Positions 13,601-26,229 of a stretch of DNA of 64,000 nt are shown piece by piece. A model generated the notes under the pieces. It ran no database searches. It was not told the DNA's origin and saw only the letters and a list, made by a program, of their open reading frames with translations. The stretch is from Epiperipatus broadwayi. Its lineage: Eukaryota > Animalia > Onychophora. Where the stretch lies: contig JAQFVV010000009.1 in NCBI GenBank assembly GCA_028023455.1, positions 9,300,001 to 9,364,000 on the forward strand. Reading direction: 5' to 3'. The position numbers and the translations under genes are program-made. Each line of letters begins with the position of its first letter. Within the stretch, counting starts at the first letter, position 1.

Positions 13601-14160
13601 GATGTTGAATTGTTTTATCTTTATAATGAATATGTCATAAAGGAATCTGAAAAGTCAATTATGCAAAGAAATGTTTTTTGTATATTCAGGAGTGAATGTT
13701 GATTTGATGGTAATAATAATAATAATTAAAGAAATTATATCAAAGTATCACATGATTATCATAATTTATTTTCAACATCTGCCTAAAAGGAATAGTAATC
13801 CATTCTATTTAAAATAAAAATTTTACATTGGAATAAATAATGTGAATTCATCTTTTAATACAATTATATGGATTATAACAATTTATGTTCTATTTTAAAA
13901 GAGGGACATATGCATAAAGTAACATACATGCTTCTGTTATCTTCACTAAGGACAGAAAATATTATTTAAATATGTTCATATGAAGAATTCACTTCAATGT
14001 TAACTATAGACAAATGAAAAAGAACAAAAAAAGGATATCAGTACTAATATAGCAATACAAAATTAAACAGCTTGATTTGTTTTCTACCTAATTATCTTTA
14101 GCAACATCAATGTTTGAGAATCATTAGGGAACTAGTCTAAGAAAGTTATTATCAAAAATA

Positions 14161-14320
14161 AAACAGGCAAAACACTCCATACAATAGTGCCATTCAGTGC
14201 AAAACCAGGGTAATCAATAGAGGCCAGAAGGCTTGTGCATAAAATCCCTATCTACTGTATGAAGAGTTTTGCCTGTTTTAATAACTGCTATGAGCAATCA
14301 CAAGAAATGGTGATCATGTG
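14161..14320. mobile_element. HHR family 2 short fold-back insertion, lacking the ribozyme, with 13-bp TSD
   Basis: ATTATCA(A/G)AAATA at 14148-14160 and 14321-14333. The sequence matches the 50/52 kb copies. The inversion junction has CTA microhomology at 14252-14254. Confidence 0.8.
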
Positions 14321-14857
14321 ATTATCAGAAATAGTTGACAGAAGCTAATTTTTATTCATATATTGATAGCTTAAACATGAACATAAATCATAAGATATAT
14401 TTTTCTATTTAAAATTGATAGTATTATACAACTGAAAAATTATTTAACAAATTAATGATTCCCAAAATACATCCTATTCTGCCTTCACAGAATAATACCA
14501 TAAAAATAATTTATGTATTAGATAGAATGTAATGGCAGTTATGATTCATCTATTGTTTTGGAAACTAAATGTATTACAAAAAAGGACAGGTTAAAAAAAA
14601 AGCAATATTTTTATATCTGACTAAATGTGGAAAAAAGATTGTGGAACAGAAATTAAAATTACCTTTAAAATTTAAGATTTTAATATATAAGATATAATAA
14701 GCAAAATAAGAATCATAGATCAATTAATAGATCACATGACCCTATCTCTCAAGCTTGTAAGTTATAAACAGTGAGGATTGCCAATTCCTCTACAAGCTTT
14801 ATGATAAATGCTTAGCCAGAGCCAGCACTTAAAATATCTGTCAGGAACCCCTCCCCA

Positions 14858-14902
14858 AACCCCTGACCATGGTTTCGTGCTTTGGCATTCCTCAGAGAGG
14901 TG
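14858..14902 (-). ncRNA. Type I hammerhead ribozyme, family 1 copy with a mismatch at the base of stem II
   Basis: Reverse complement reads ACCTCT-CTGAGGA-ATGC-CAAA-GCAC-GAAAC-CATG-GTC-AGGGGT. Confidence 0.8.
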
Positions 14903-15598
14903 TCAGGGTAGGTTCAGACACTAGATCTAAAAATACCAACCCAAAGCTAAGCACTTAGCTAAAAGTTATCTATTGAGTGGAAAATCTGAAATTTTCAGAC
15001 ATCTACATATCTTCAAACCCAGCTATCCAACTCAAATAGCTATATGGGGCTGATCGATCTTCAGCCATACCATATATTAGAAGTCATAGCAATATAAAAT
15101 TGCATAAGACTTATTGGCAGAGACTATAAATAATCAAAATAAGAGTCATAGATCAATTCATAGATCGCATGACCCTATCTCTTAAGCTTGTAAGTTATAA
15201 AACAGTGAGGATTGCCAATTCCTCTACAAGCTTTATGAGGAGTGCCAAAGCATGAAACCATGGTCAGGGGTTTGAGGAGGGGTTCCTGACAGAGATATTT
15301 TAAGTGCTGGCTCTGGCTAAGCATTTATCATAAAGCTTGTAGAGGAATTGGCAATCCTCACTGTTTATAACTTACAAACTTAAGAGATAGGGTCATCTGA
15401 TCTATGAATTGATCTATGACTCTTATTTTGACTATTTATAGTCTCTGCCAATAAGTCTTATGCAATTTTATATTGCTATGGGTTTGAAGACATGTAGATG
15501 TCTGAAAATTTCAGATTTTCCACTCAATAGATAACTTTTAGCTAAGTGCTTGGCTTTGGATTGGTATTTTTAGATCTAGTGTCTGAACCTACCCTGAC

Positions 15599-15641
15599 AT
15601 CTCTCTGAGGAGTGCCAAAGCACGAAACCATGGTCAGGGGT
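15599..15641 (+). ncRNA. Intact minimal type I hammerhead ribozyme (family 1); predicted cleavage after GUC at 15635
   Basis: ATCTCT-CTGAGGA(15605-15611)-GTGC-CAAA-GCAC-GAAA-C-CATG-GTC-AGGGGT. The core is complete, stem II is 4 bp, stem III is palindromic (ACCATGGT) and stem I is 6 bp with two G.U pairs. Confidence 0.9.
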
Positions 15642-16663
15642 TTGGGGAGGGGTTCATGACAGAGATATTTTAAGTGCTGGCTCTGGCTAAGCATTTATAA
15701 TAAAGCTTGTAGAGGAATTGGCAATCCTCACTGTTTATAATAAGCAAGTTTAGCTTTCTTGATTATTCTTAAATATGAAATTAGCATAGATACATTAGAA
15801 GAGTTGCAATGAAAGATATGGAAAATGTTCAAAGCTTATTTAAACACAAAAATAGAAACTAATATTTATATATATGTGAATGTTATAAAGGAAGAAGCAA
15901 GATAGAATGTTGAGGCTTATGGTGTTGGTGAAAATGGGACTACCATTAAAATGTAAGTGTAGTTTTAATTGCTTTTATATGAAATATAAATGGCTAGTTT
16001 GAAATTATTCTGTCATATTATGGAATAAATAAAGTTGAAGATAAAATAAAAATGGTTGACTATAAAAAATGAACATTATTCATCACAACTGTTAATTTGC
16101 CTCGTCCCCATCTACAAAATGAAACATTAATAGAATTCAGTCAAATTGATGTCAAGAGAAAAAAACCTTTGTATGTTATTCTTTATATATATATATATAA
16201 ACACACACACAGTCTGTTAACATTTAGACCTATAAAACTTTATCGAATAATTTTATCACTTCACAAATAATTTATTATTATACAAGCCTATGTATATAAT
16301 TTAGATTTTTAATTTTTATTTATAAATCCAATGAGGTGTATATTCAAAGCAAAAATCTTAAAGCGAATTTGTATTGGAACAATAATTATTGTACTTCATT
16401 TTCAATGTAATGAGTGTTTGAAATATGCTTATACCCCAGTTTATATTTTAAGATTATTAAATTTTTATTGACTTATTTTCTGAACATTTCACCAGTCAAA
16501 TAAATATATTTTCATTAACAATAAAATAATTAAATTTTCATTAGCTATTAGAAATATAAAAATGCTAAAGTAATAATTGGTTTTACTTTATAATTAAAAG
16601 TACACATAATAAATGTAGTGTAGATTAATTAAGTTTTTCAATTTGGAAATTTTCATGAGTTAT

Positions 16664-16893
16664 TAGAGGGAATTTGAACACAGACATTCAAACTTCCTTT
16701 AGACATCCACTTCATCTTATACCACATACACGTGAAAAAGATAAATGATATTCCACATATATATTTTGTGCTGAACCAGTTCTCATCAGTTGGACTGGAT
16801 CATCATCTCCCACACATATATACAATCAGAGCTTGGTTTATATTAAGATAGCAAATCTTCAAACTTTAATGGACAGGTTGCAATCTTCTCCAC
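16664..16893 (-). repeat. HHR family 3b copy (degenerate HHR followed by tRNA-like A/B boxes)
   Basis: Colinear with 61723-61968. The reverse complement has CCAA-CTGATGA-GAACTGGTTCAGCAC-AAAA-TATATATG (16752-16794), then GATGAAGTGGA and GTTCAAATTCCC. Confidence 0.75.
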
Positions 16894-19384
16894 TTTTCAG
16901 CCATTCACATTATTGAAAATCTGATGATGGCATGTTCAAAGCCAGCTTAAGTATATATACTACACTTGGATTTAAATATTATAAATGAATTATATATATG
17001 TATGTGCATGGCAATAACAACTATTCACATTTATGAATTGTTTTATTTATTAGCAGTATTATTAGCACTATATTTAACATTAATATTAATTCAACTGTGT
17101 GAGAATGCATAAAATTTTTTAAACTGTCACTAATCATTCCCTTTAGAAATTGCTCCAGTAGGCCTCATCAAGGAATGAGACATAGACACACTTTTTTGCC
17201 ACCTCACGAAGAGTAATATCATATTTTTTTACTTTTTCACTCCCACCCTGAGAGCAGTCATGGAAATGAAGTTTGACAATATGTCTAGAGGGATGGAATT
17301 TAACATAATATAATAATCCTTAATTTGATTGTATGAAAAATCTTCAGGAGTATCAGGTTCAGAGAGCCTGTTTGCTATCTCTCTCATTCCTTTACCGGTG
17401 AACATAATAGTGTTGCTATTTTAATCTTATCATTTTTCTACATGTTGAACATACAACAGCCAACTACTTGCCTCACTGATGTCAAACTCCCCGATTGATG
17501 ATTTTCATGCTAGCAAATCATTCTATAACTCTAATCTAACCGCGAAAATTATAATTTGATTCAATGTTTGAATCACAACTACATCAATTGCTATGACTAG
17601 AAGCAAAATTCTTGCTCACCAAATAGCTTAAAGTTTAAATTTCTCCCCTGGTAAAAACTACAAACTACTACATTAAATTTTAATTAATATCTTTCTATAA
17701 CAATTGATTACATTATTAATAGCATATATACAAATTAACCAAATATATAAAAATATATAAATGAACCTGAGGGCATATAGAAATGACAATAAAGATCTAT
17801 ACGACCTGCTCAGAACAGGTCGTATAGATTTCGGAGGCAACTTTTCTCTGCAATACAAGCTTAAGGTACATACAGTGACACCCTGCACCAAGAGTAAAAG
17901 TTCATCCACACACATGAAGCTTCTCCACCAGAGTGAGTTCCTTTTTTTACTACTTGGCTGGCATAGACTAGTTGTCCAATTTCTTCTCTTGTGATTGGCT
18001 CTATTTCCGATCCCACCGATAAGATAATTAATTCATTTATTGATATATCTTTGACTGGAGAATTTTACTCCTAATTACTTCTATTGAACTTATTTTTAGA
18101 TTCTTGAATGGTTATTTGTGATTGAATTTGGAATTCAGAATCATTTAATTATTATCAATATCTATATGTAGAATAAAGAAATTTCATAACTTATCTCTAG
18201 AGATTTAACTAATTACTATTTCACTCTACTTAGAAGATAATCTTTTTTGATCTCATTTTACTTTTTTCTTTATTATTTAAGTTTACTAATCTTTAAAAGC
18301 TAGATTTTATTTTAATGAGTAAATATCTCTATACATGTATATACTTCGTCATTTCAAATAACCATTTTATGTGTATGTATTTGAACATAGAGCCACATAT
18401 ATAACACAAACTTTAAACAACTTTTTAATAAAATAAAATAAACTAAAATCAATGAGACTCATTATTAGCTCCTAGTAAAGAAGTATTGCCATTCTAACTA
18501 AAAAAAAAAAAAAAAAAAAGCAGAAAGACAAAATATAAAAAAATTAGAGCCAGAGTAACAGTGCCTGTAATTAAAGAATAAAAATATCATGGCACAAATA
18601 TACAATTTCATTGTCAATCAATATAAAAATTACTGGCAGCATGACAAGTTAATGATAGAAAATTAAATTTGCAAAAGATGACTAATATTTTCTTCACATT
18701 GTGGTATTTTATGAATCACAAACACAGATTATTAAAAAAAACAAGAAAGTTTTGAAATTTGAACAAGAAGAAAAATAAATTAAAAAATATAGAAATATCA
18801 AGGTGAACCTCACCCCTCCATCAATTATTATAAATTTAAACTCATTAGTAATGAGTAAGAACCTTGATAAATCCTTGGTATCATAGATAAATGTGCTTTT
18901 TCTTCTTTAACAAAGCTTATTAAAAATGTTTTTTTTTTCTTTTGTCTTTGCTGTTAAAAAATTTCTATGTATCTCTTATTTTTTTGGTAAAATCTTAATA
19001 TAACTTTTCGTGGATTTTTAGTTTGAGAAAGGCTGGAAATTAAGAGACTATATCCATGTTTTCTCCTGAAACTAAACAAGTTTTCTCCATTAATCTATAA
19101 TAGCACTTTTGTTGGAGTTCATTGAAGTAAAAGGGGATGATCATCTTCACTTTAAACCCAAGTTCTTGTAAAGATTTAAATACAGAACACTATTTTTGTA
19201 GGTGTGAAAATGTAGAACAGCATCTTCTTTGATTCCCACAATTAATAATTCATCTTATTCAGAGAGTTGTTTATGCTGAATTATATTTTTTCATAAATTT
19301 TTAGTTTGATAAAGAATGGAAATTATTAACTTCACAAAATGTAAACTAGCCACTTTACACTAAATTCAGAATTAATAAAACTAA

Positions 19385-19685
19385 ACTAAATTAAAAATTC
19401 ACAACTTATAGTTTAACTGTCAAGGTAGATTTCTCAAGTATAGTCATACAAACATAAAACAAATTTACACTAATCAACTACCCCATAATTTTAACTCTTA
19501 TTCTTATTAATCACTAGTCTACTATCCCATAATTCTAACTTTCATTCCAGTTAGCTTTAATTAACTAGAATGAGAGTTAGAATTATGCATAGTATATTGG
19601 TATAGATTTTTGTGTTTGTTTGACTTTACATTTGAAAAAATTGAATTGGAGTGAAACTATTAGTTGTGGTGAATTTTTAATTTTG
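19385..19685. repeat. Old fold-back repeat with a well-preserved central hairpin and a partial internal tandem duplication
   Basis: Core arms 19528-19553 and 19562-19587 match at 24/26. Outer arms are diverged (AAATTAAAAATTCAC..., GTCA.ACAAACA). CCCATAATT.TAACT.T.ATTC also occurs at 19482-19503. Confidence 0.7.
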
Positions 19686-22600
19686 TCTAGTAATAAATTT
19701 AAAAATTGGTGTAATTTGTTTATTTATATATATATATATTACAGAAATGATATAAAATAATGATAGTGACTGCTGATCAAAGTTGTGTAAATCAAAAATA
19801 TCATTTCAAACAGAATGAAAGGTAATCAACATTGATTACTTAGCAATTAATAATAATTAAAAAAAGAAGTTGAATTGGATATATACTTTAAAAGTGGAAG
19901 AATATAAAAAATGAACTTTTATAAAATGTGAAGGGGGGGGGGGATATTATTAGATACTTTTTAATATAAAGTAATTATTCTAGCACAGGTGTGTGGTGTG
20001 TGACGCAACTGTTTTCAAAAGCTATAAGTGTTAATATAAAATAGATAACTAAAAACAAATGAGCTGAGCTCTTTCAAAGGATCTTGCCTTCATAATCATA
20101 GCTTGCGTTTAATGTTATGCAAATATGCTAATTCCATTTCTTCGATAAAGCATAGCAGGTATTTATTCCTATTTATGGCATCCTTGCCTCATGAGACAAG
20201 TAGTTATATTGATTTATAAATAAAAGCTCTCAAGAGATATGATATCCTTCATGCTTACATGTGTAAGGATTGGTGAATAAATCCTTTTATTTATTTTCAT
20301 ATCCAGACTTCAAAAAATGGTGAATAATCAATGAATAGTAGATGTTGAAATCAATACCCCCACCCTCCAACAATTATTTTCTGGTTAACTGAAATTCAGT
20401 TAAACAAAAGGAATTTTGTTAACCAAAAAAAAAAAAAGTATCTACAGTCTAAAGCTTTAAACTCAAACACTTAATACTATTAAACAGAAAGGGGTATCAT
20501 TATTTACTGCTAATTGAGAAGCTTAAATCAGATGTAATGATAAACCAATCAAAATATTGTCATTATTCTAAGGGAAATAAAAATTCTATAAAAAAGATTC
20601 AAAATTTATCTTCCATTATATAACATTGCAAATACATTAATCCGAACTTGTTGTCTAATTTTTTTCAGATTAATGATTTTGCTGGATTAACAATAATTCA
20701 ACAATATATTTTTAAACTTGCCATTATAAAACTTGTATGGCTTTAAAGAATACTTATGCTGAGGGAAAGGTTAAACAGTTAAATAATGCAGTGGTAGAGC
20801 AGAAGCCTTTGAATCAATTCCAGTTTTTTCAGTGCTCAATTTCATATGAACTCTAGAGCAATAAAATCATTTGATTTTTTTTAATAATAACAATTAATTT
20901 TAATATAAATTGAATATACATATTGTAACGGTAAAAACTTCCACTGTACAGGTTTTATATTTACAGTAGATGTAAGATGGGTTCGAATCTAGACACCATA
21001 ACCATCATATAATGAGATCTTCAAGATGTGTACCATAAACTTTGGTTCAAATAAATAAAATGTTAAATGGTTAATAAAATTCAAATAAAAATTTTAATTC
21101 AAATGTAAAATAATATTAACCAATAATGATTTATAATTTAAAAGTACAAGTACTCCCAAAACTATTTTATTTTTTTCAGTTTCAATAAAAAGAAACTCCA
21201 AAATTCCAAATCTCCGAAAGAGAAAATTTACTTTTGTAAAAGTTTTATTTTTTTAAAGGAACGATCATCATCAATTATTGCCACCATCTCAGCATGTCTC
21301 CCAGTGGATTACATGATTTCTCAGGCTGTGGATATTATCTAGCATATGTGTGTAAAAAGCATATACTTGAATTGAATTATAAACACAAACTAAATTGAAT
21401 AATTAAAAAAAAAAAAATACCAGTTTATTAATAATGAATACATAAAACAGTTGCACATGCAGACATAATTATCAACACCCACACAAAAATATTATAGTAA
21501 CAAAAGATATTTTAAGTTTAAGATATGATTCAAGTTTAGGATCTTATAGTATTTATAATGATTTTATCACATTAAATAGGGAAACAGTCATTATTCATGT
21601 TTTTTTCTGGTACCATTCTTTTAATATTACACTATTGTTTTCTTTATATTTCCAACAATGATCTTCTCCTTGAACACTGGTAATGTTAGAGTGAACAAAT
21701 ACAGCAGCGCTGGTGAAGTTCTATATACCTGTAGGTCTTGAGTCATCTAAATGGAACTATCCCTTTTTTTCTTTATGGCATTAAAGAGACATTGCACGAA
21801 CTGGTTTTTTTTTAACTTCAATACTAATTTCTGAATTAGACTGCATTTTCCGGGCATTTTAACAGGTGTGGCTTTTGATTATCTAGTCCTACATGGTAGA
21901 TGAATTTCTTCTAAATAAATTCATCATACTGACTGTTGTTACTGAAGTATTGAAAAATATTTTAAGAACAGTCAGCAAAATATGACTTATCATGGAAAAA
22001 GTTTTAATCAGTGTTCATTTCTTCCATATAGATTATAGCAATACAACTTCAACAGTAGACTGCACTCTAATACAAAGCAATATGAAAATAACTTGCTGGA
22101 CTCCTAGAATTAAAATGATGCTTGTTTCAGATCTATTTATACCTCTTCAATGTTGTTCAAACAACACGTTTCCAAACAACATATAATGTCACCACCTAGA
22201 CCAAATATGACATTTGCGTCATTATTTTTTTTTAGAAACACTCTCTTCTACTCTCTTCAAAACATGTGAATATAAATTTTAAGTACACTATATCATGTTT
22301 TTATGAATACAAAAAAGAAAAGAAAAAAATAGCTTGTCTCTTTCTCTCTTTCTTTATTTACACTTCATTACAAAGGAAGAAAAATTCCTGCCAATTTTTA
22401 CATTTTTAATTATAACTTCTAAAATATTATTAATTCCAAAATTTTAATTTTATATTTAACTTTGCCATACAGTTTTATTATGAAATGTGAGAAATTTTAT
22501 TTAAAACTCAGTACAGGAAAGGCAAACTAGAATAGGTTCAAACTTAGATTTTTTTCTTTAAAAAAAAACAAAAAACTATGCAATTCTTTTGGCATTTTTC

Positions 22601-23805
22601 TTTCTTTCTTTACAGTATTATTATTATTTCCTTGTTTCTCACATATTAGACAAAATAATACTTAATAATTTTTATTAATGTGCATGAATTAATTTTTTTT
22701 ATAACCTTTAGGCAGTTTACACTTTTATTTCTCCAATATCACATATATAAGTGCACATACATAAATGGCAGTTTCTAACACATTTTTTTTCTCTCTATAT
22801 TGTAGCATAACCACTGTTATAGCTACAATATACTTTGTACATTTATTATTTTATTTTTTAAAAAAAATGTATGCTAATTTATTTAATGAATTGTGTTTAT
22901 TATTATGTTTTTAGTGTGGTGTATTTAAATTAAACGTTATTACATTACATGTGATATTGATTTAAAAATACTTTTTTTAAACAAAGATTATTTCTTTTAA
23001 ATAAAATACTTATTCTAAAAAAATTGATAATTTTTTCTACACCACTGAAATGTTAAATAAAAAACTGGATAACCATAAAAATTTGAAGTCTCTCCTATCT
23101 TATCTATTGGCAATGCAATTTTATTCAAATTTTAACAGTCACTGAATTTTAAGAACTACATTAATGATATTACACTTGTATTATTATTGTTGTTAAAATG
23201 AACCAATAAATTGCCCCATGTATTTTTTGATTCTATTTGCAGCCTTCTTCAGAAACTAAAATTAATAAAACAAATTGCATTAATTATGTATTTCTTATAG
23301 TGATTTGTGGCTTACACATACAGCTGAAATATTGGAAGGAATATGATGCAGTTGGTTGATTTCTATGAATATTAATACAATTTAAATAAAACAGCAAGAA
23401 ATGCATAATAATTTTATTCTCATATAGATAATTTTTGAAACAAACCAGAAACAATACCAATTAAAAAGAAAAATGGAGGTTAAAAAAAACAAAAATTTTT
23501 TTAACCTTAAGCTAAAGTTAAAATCTCAAGTAGCCTCTAAAAAACAAAACAATATCACAGAGAAATAAAAAAATCACTTGAAATGTATTTGTTAGCTAAA
23601 AGTATTGCATTTAAGGAAAATATGCCTTCATACTTAAAAAAAAAAAAAAACAACTTTTAAATCCATATATCTTATGATATATGGTTGTTAAATATAGATT
23701 TTAAATAACAAAAATAATGGGAAATCTTCAAGTATAGAAAAAGAAACTAAATTAACCAAGAAACAAGTGTAAGAAATTTTCAATTAATTAACAAAAGCTG
23801 AATTT

Positions 23806-24090
23806 GACAGAATAGCTCAGTTGGTAGAGCGTTTGCCTTAAATTTGATATTTAGAATCTAAAGGTGCGAGTTCAACTTCTAAGCGAATATTGTCACTGTG
23901 CATATGGACCAGCAACAGCTGAAGAAGAGTGGAGAATAATACTACTTGAAACATTGTGTAATTACTAATCTGTATTGACTATTTGTGTGTTATTACTAAC
24001 AAGTTGTTTGTATTTGAAAAGTTTAAATAAAGTTTAAAATTTTCTATACATTCAACATTCACTCATAAATGATGGAAATAGTCCAACATA
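23806..24090 (+). mobile_element. Solo copy of the PLE-A terminal unit (tRNA-like head + HHR + AT-rich tail) without RT/EN sequence
   Basis: TAGCTCAGTTGGTAGAGC, GAGTTCAACT, CTGAAGAAGAGTGG...CTACTTGAAACATTGTG and the tail ...GATGGAAATAGTCCAA align to 7689-7950. Confidence 0.85.
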
Positions 24091-24476
24091 TCACATCTGA
24101 ATTTTAGAGGTTTTAAAAAAGATGTCTATTAAGAAAATATTAAAAAAAAACTTGGGGAAAGAATTTGGAAAGGCTTCTGACTAACATGGTTATGAATAAT
24201 GATAATGACAAGTATGTTATATATTTTCTAAGATATTTTAAATAAGGTATTATATGTATAACAATAAAAATTACATAGGAAAGAACAATTTTCAATAAAT
24301 GTCACATGTGCTACACCTATCAACAAGATAAGAAGTTTTCAACAAAATGCTTCTGAGAAATAACATTATCAAGACAAAAAAAATGAACACGAGTTATCTA
24401 ATATGACATCCTTTAAAAATGAATAACAATTGAATGACTATTTCTTGGAAATTAATAAGTTTAAACAATGAAATAA

Positions 24477-24532
24477 CATGGGTTGCAATCCATAGACTGT
24501 AACCTTTAGCTGCCACTCTACCACTTCACCAA
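24477..24532 (-). repeat. Degenerate tRNA-derived (SINE-head-like) fragment
   Basis: Reverse complement GGTGAAGTGGTAGAGTGGCAGC...GGATTGCAACCC has an A-box-like and a decayed B-box-like motif. Similar fragments occur at 27329-27385 (-) and ~20787-20825 (+). Confidence 0.45.
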
Positions 24533-26229
24533 GTATTCAGGGCTATGGCATTCTTGATGCAGCTTCACAAAGAAGTAGTCCTTTTAAGAATATACTGATG
24601 TGTGTTATTAGGATCAACATTACATTTTTGGTAATGTTGATAATAAATTGTTGTCATCCTATAAGCATGTTTTCATGCAAAAACTATCTACAGTAACTGT
24701 GTACAAAAGCAGACCCAACATACATAAATTAAGATTATGTAAAAAATTTCTGACATAAAAAATCAAAATCATTAAAAAAAAATAATGTTCATATACATAT
24801 GGCTCACAGTTTTTTTTAATATCTGACTGGGTAAATATCCCTTGTGATATATTATAGTGCTTATTTACTAAAAAAAAAAAAATCATTTTCTGCATTATAG
24901 TTTATGGCAACAATGCACTTCAAAGGAAAATATGACTTACAGAAGAGATAGCTTAAATTGAAAGACTATCTATATAATGAACATTTTAGAGCCAGCTATT
25001 TATTACATTTCATTAACATACTTTCATACGAAATTGCTGAAGTCAATCTAGTAATACATATAGATAAAAGGTAGATAAACAGATAGCCTGTTTCAATAAA
25101 TTAAATATAGTTTAACATTGATGTAGTGGTGGCACATAGATTGCATATTTGAGCAACTCCCAAAAATGAGAATATTTAACAAATAAAAACTTTTTAAAAT
25201 TATCAAATAATTATTTATTAAAGATAGAAAACTCAGTGTTCCCTTAAAAGTTTTTTTTTCTTTCAAAAGATTACAATTCAATAAATCAACATAAAGCTAA
25301 AACTTGTTATTTCACTCTAGATTTGAGCGATCTACTGTAAAAAATATTTCTTAGGAGAAAGTTATGCCATATTATTATTGCCAATGTAAAGATTCATCCA
25401 ATTTACATTTGACACTTAAAGCTTTTTTAAATTTTATTTTGGAAGTCAATTGTTATGCAATGTGAGAGATGTCAATAAACATATTTAGCATAGCACATTT
25501 ACATAATGACAAGCTTTATTATTTTAATCTTCTCACATCACTAATTACAAAATATCTACTGATAAAGATACTCAGTTTAATATTACTATAGTGCAGCAAA
25601 ATATTTTTTTTCTGTATAATTAAAAAACTTGTATCACAAAAGTCAATTGATTATATAAATTAATATTTCATAAAAATTCTGAAAAAATTAAAATTAAAAA
25701 GATTTGAGCCAGCAAACAAATATAAAAAAAATGTATTATAGTAAGTGTACTTTCAATTTTGATATTGTACCATTTATTTATGTATATGGTACAAATTACT
25801 ATTTAATATTGTGTATCATTTAAATAAAAAAAGAGAGAACCCGATCTTTAATTTTTTTTTTGTAATATAATGTTGTTTTAAGAAAACGTACAGTGAAAGT
25901 TTAATTTTTCTTTTTTTTAATATAAGTTAACTAAAATAAATTCAATGTTGGAAAGTGCATGAAAGAAAATTCCAAAGGTAAAAGATTGCTATCAGAAAGT
26001 CTGACTTTCTGATGGTAATTAAAAATGGCAGAAATTCTTAACGAGAAAACAGACTTTGTAATAAAAAAAAGGAGAATAATGTAGAAGTTTATAAAATAGA
26101 ACAAAAGGTAAAAAAGGAATATGCGCAGAACTTCTAAAAAGAATCTGGGAATATAAAAGGAGCTGACAGATTTGAAAAGTGTCTTTTGTCTTGTTGTTCC
26201 AGAGAGTGTTGAGTAATTTGAAGTGCCTC

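Larger units (their letters stand above)
14705..15735. mobile_element. HHR family 1: tandem ~370-nt retrozyme-like units arranged as a fold-back, with 12-bp TSD
   Basis: The left arm (14705-15238, HHR-antisense) has a 433-bp period because of an extra 64-nt segment. The right arm (15236-15735, HHR-sense) has a 370-bp period (AGTGCCAAAG at 15241 and 15611). TATAATAAGCAA occurs at 14693-14704 and 15736-15747. Confidence 0.9.

Noticed and set aside
14705-15735. CRISPR array or prokaryotic IS/terminator interpretation of the repeats and hairpins
   Set aside because: The context is eukaryotic, units are hundreds of nt long, and there is no repeat-spacer pattern or cas gene.
16921-16960. CTGATGA followed by a TGGC/GCCA stem, resembling a hammerhead
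   Set aside because: No GAAA follows stem II and no stem III or stem I can be formed.
17146-17285. Minus-strand open frame HIVKLHFHDCSQGG...YWSNF after a plausible acceptor
   Set aside because: It could be a terminal exon or an integrase remnant; I could not recognise it or link it to other exons.
19040-19260. Minus-strand FHTY / LQELGFKV resembling Jockey ORF1 or a Merlin transposase
   Set aside because: It needs a frameshift and large deletions, and fits two different families equally poorly.
23210-23255. Minus-strand CTGAAGAAGGCTG..., resembling a PLE hammerhead start
   Set aside because: Stem II and GAAAC are not recoverable, and there is no second copy to support a consensus.
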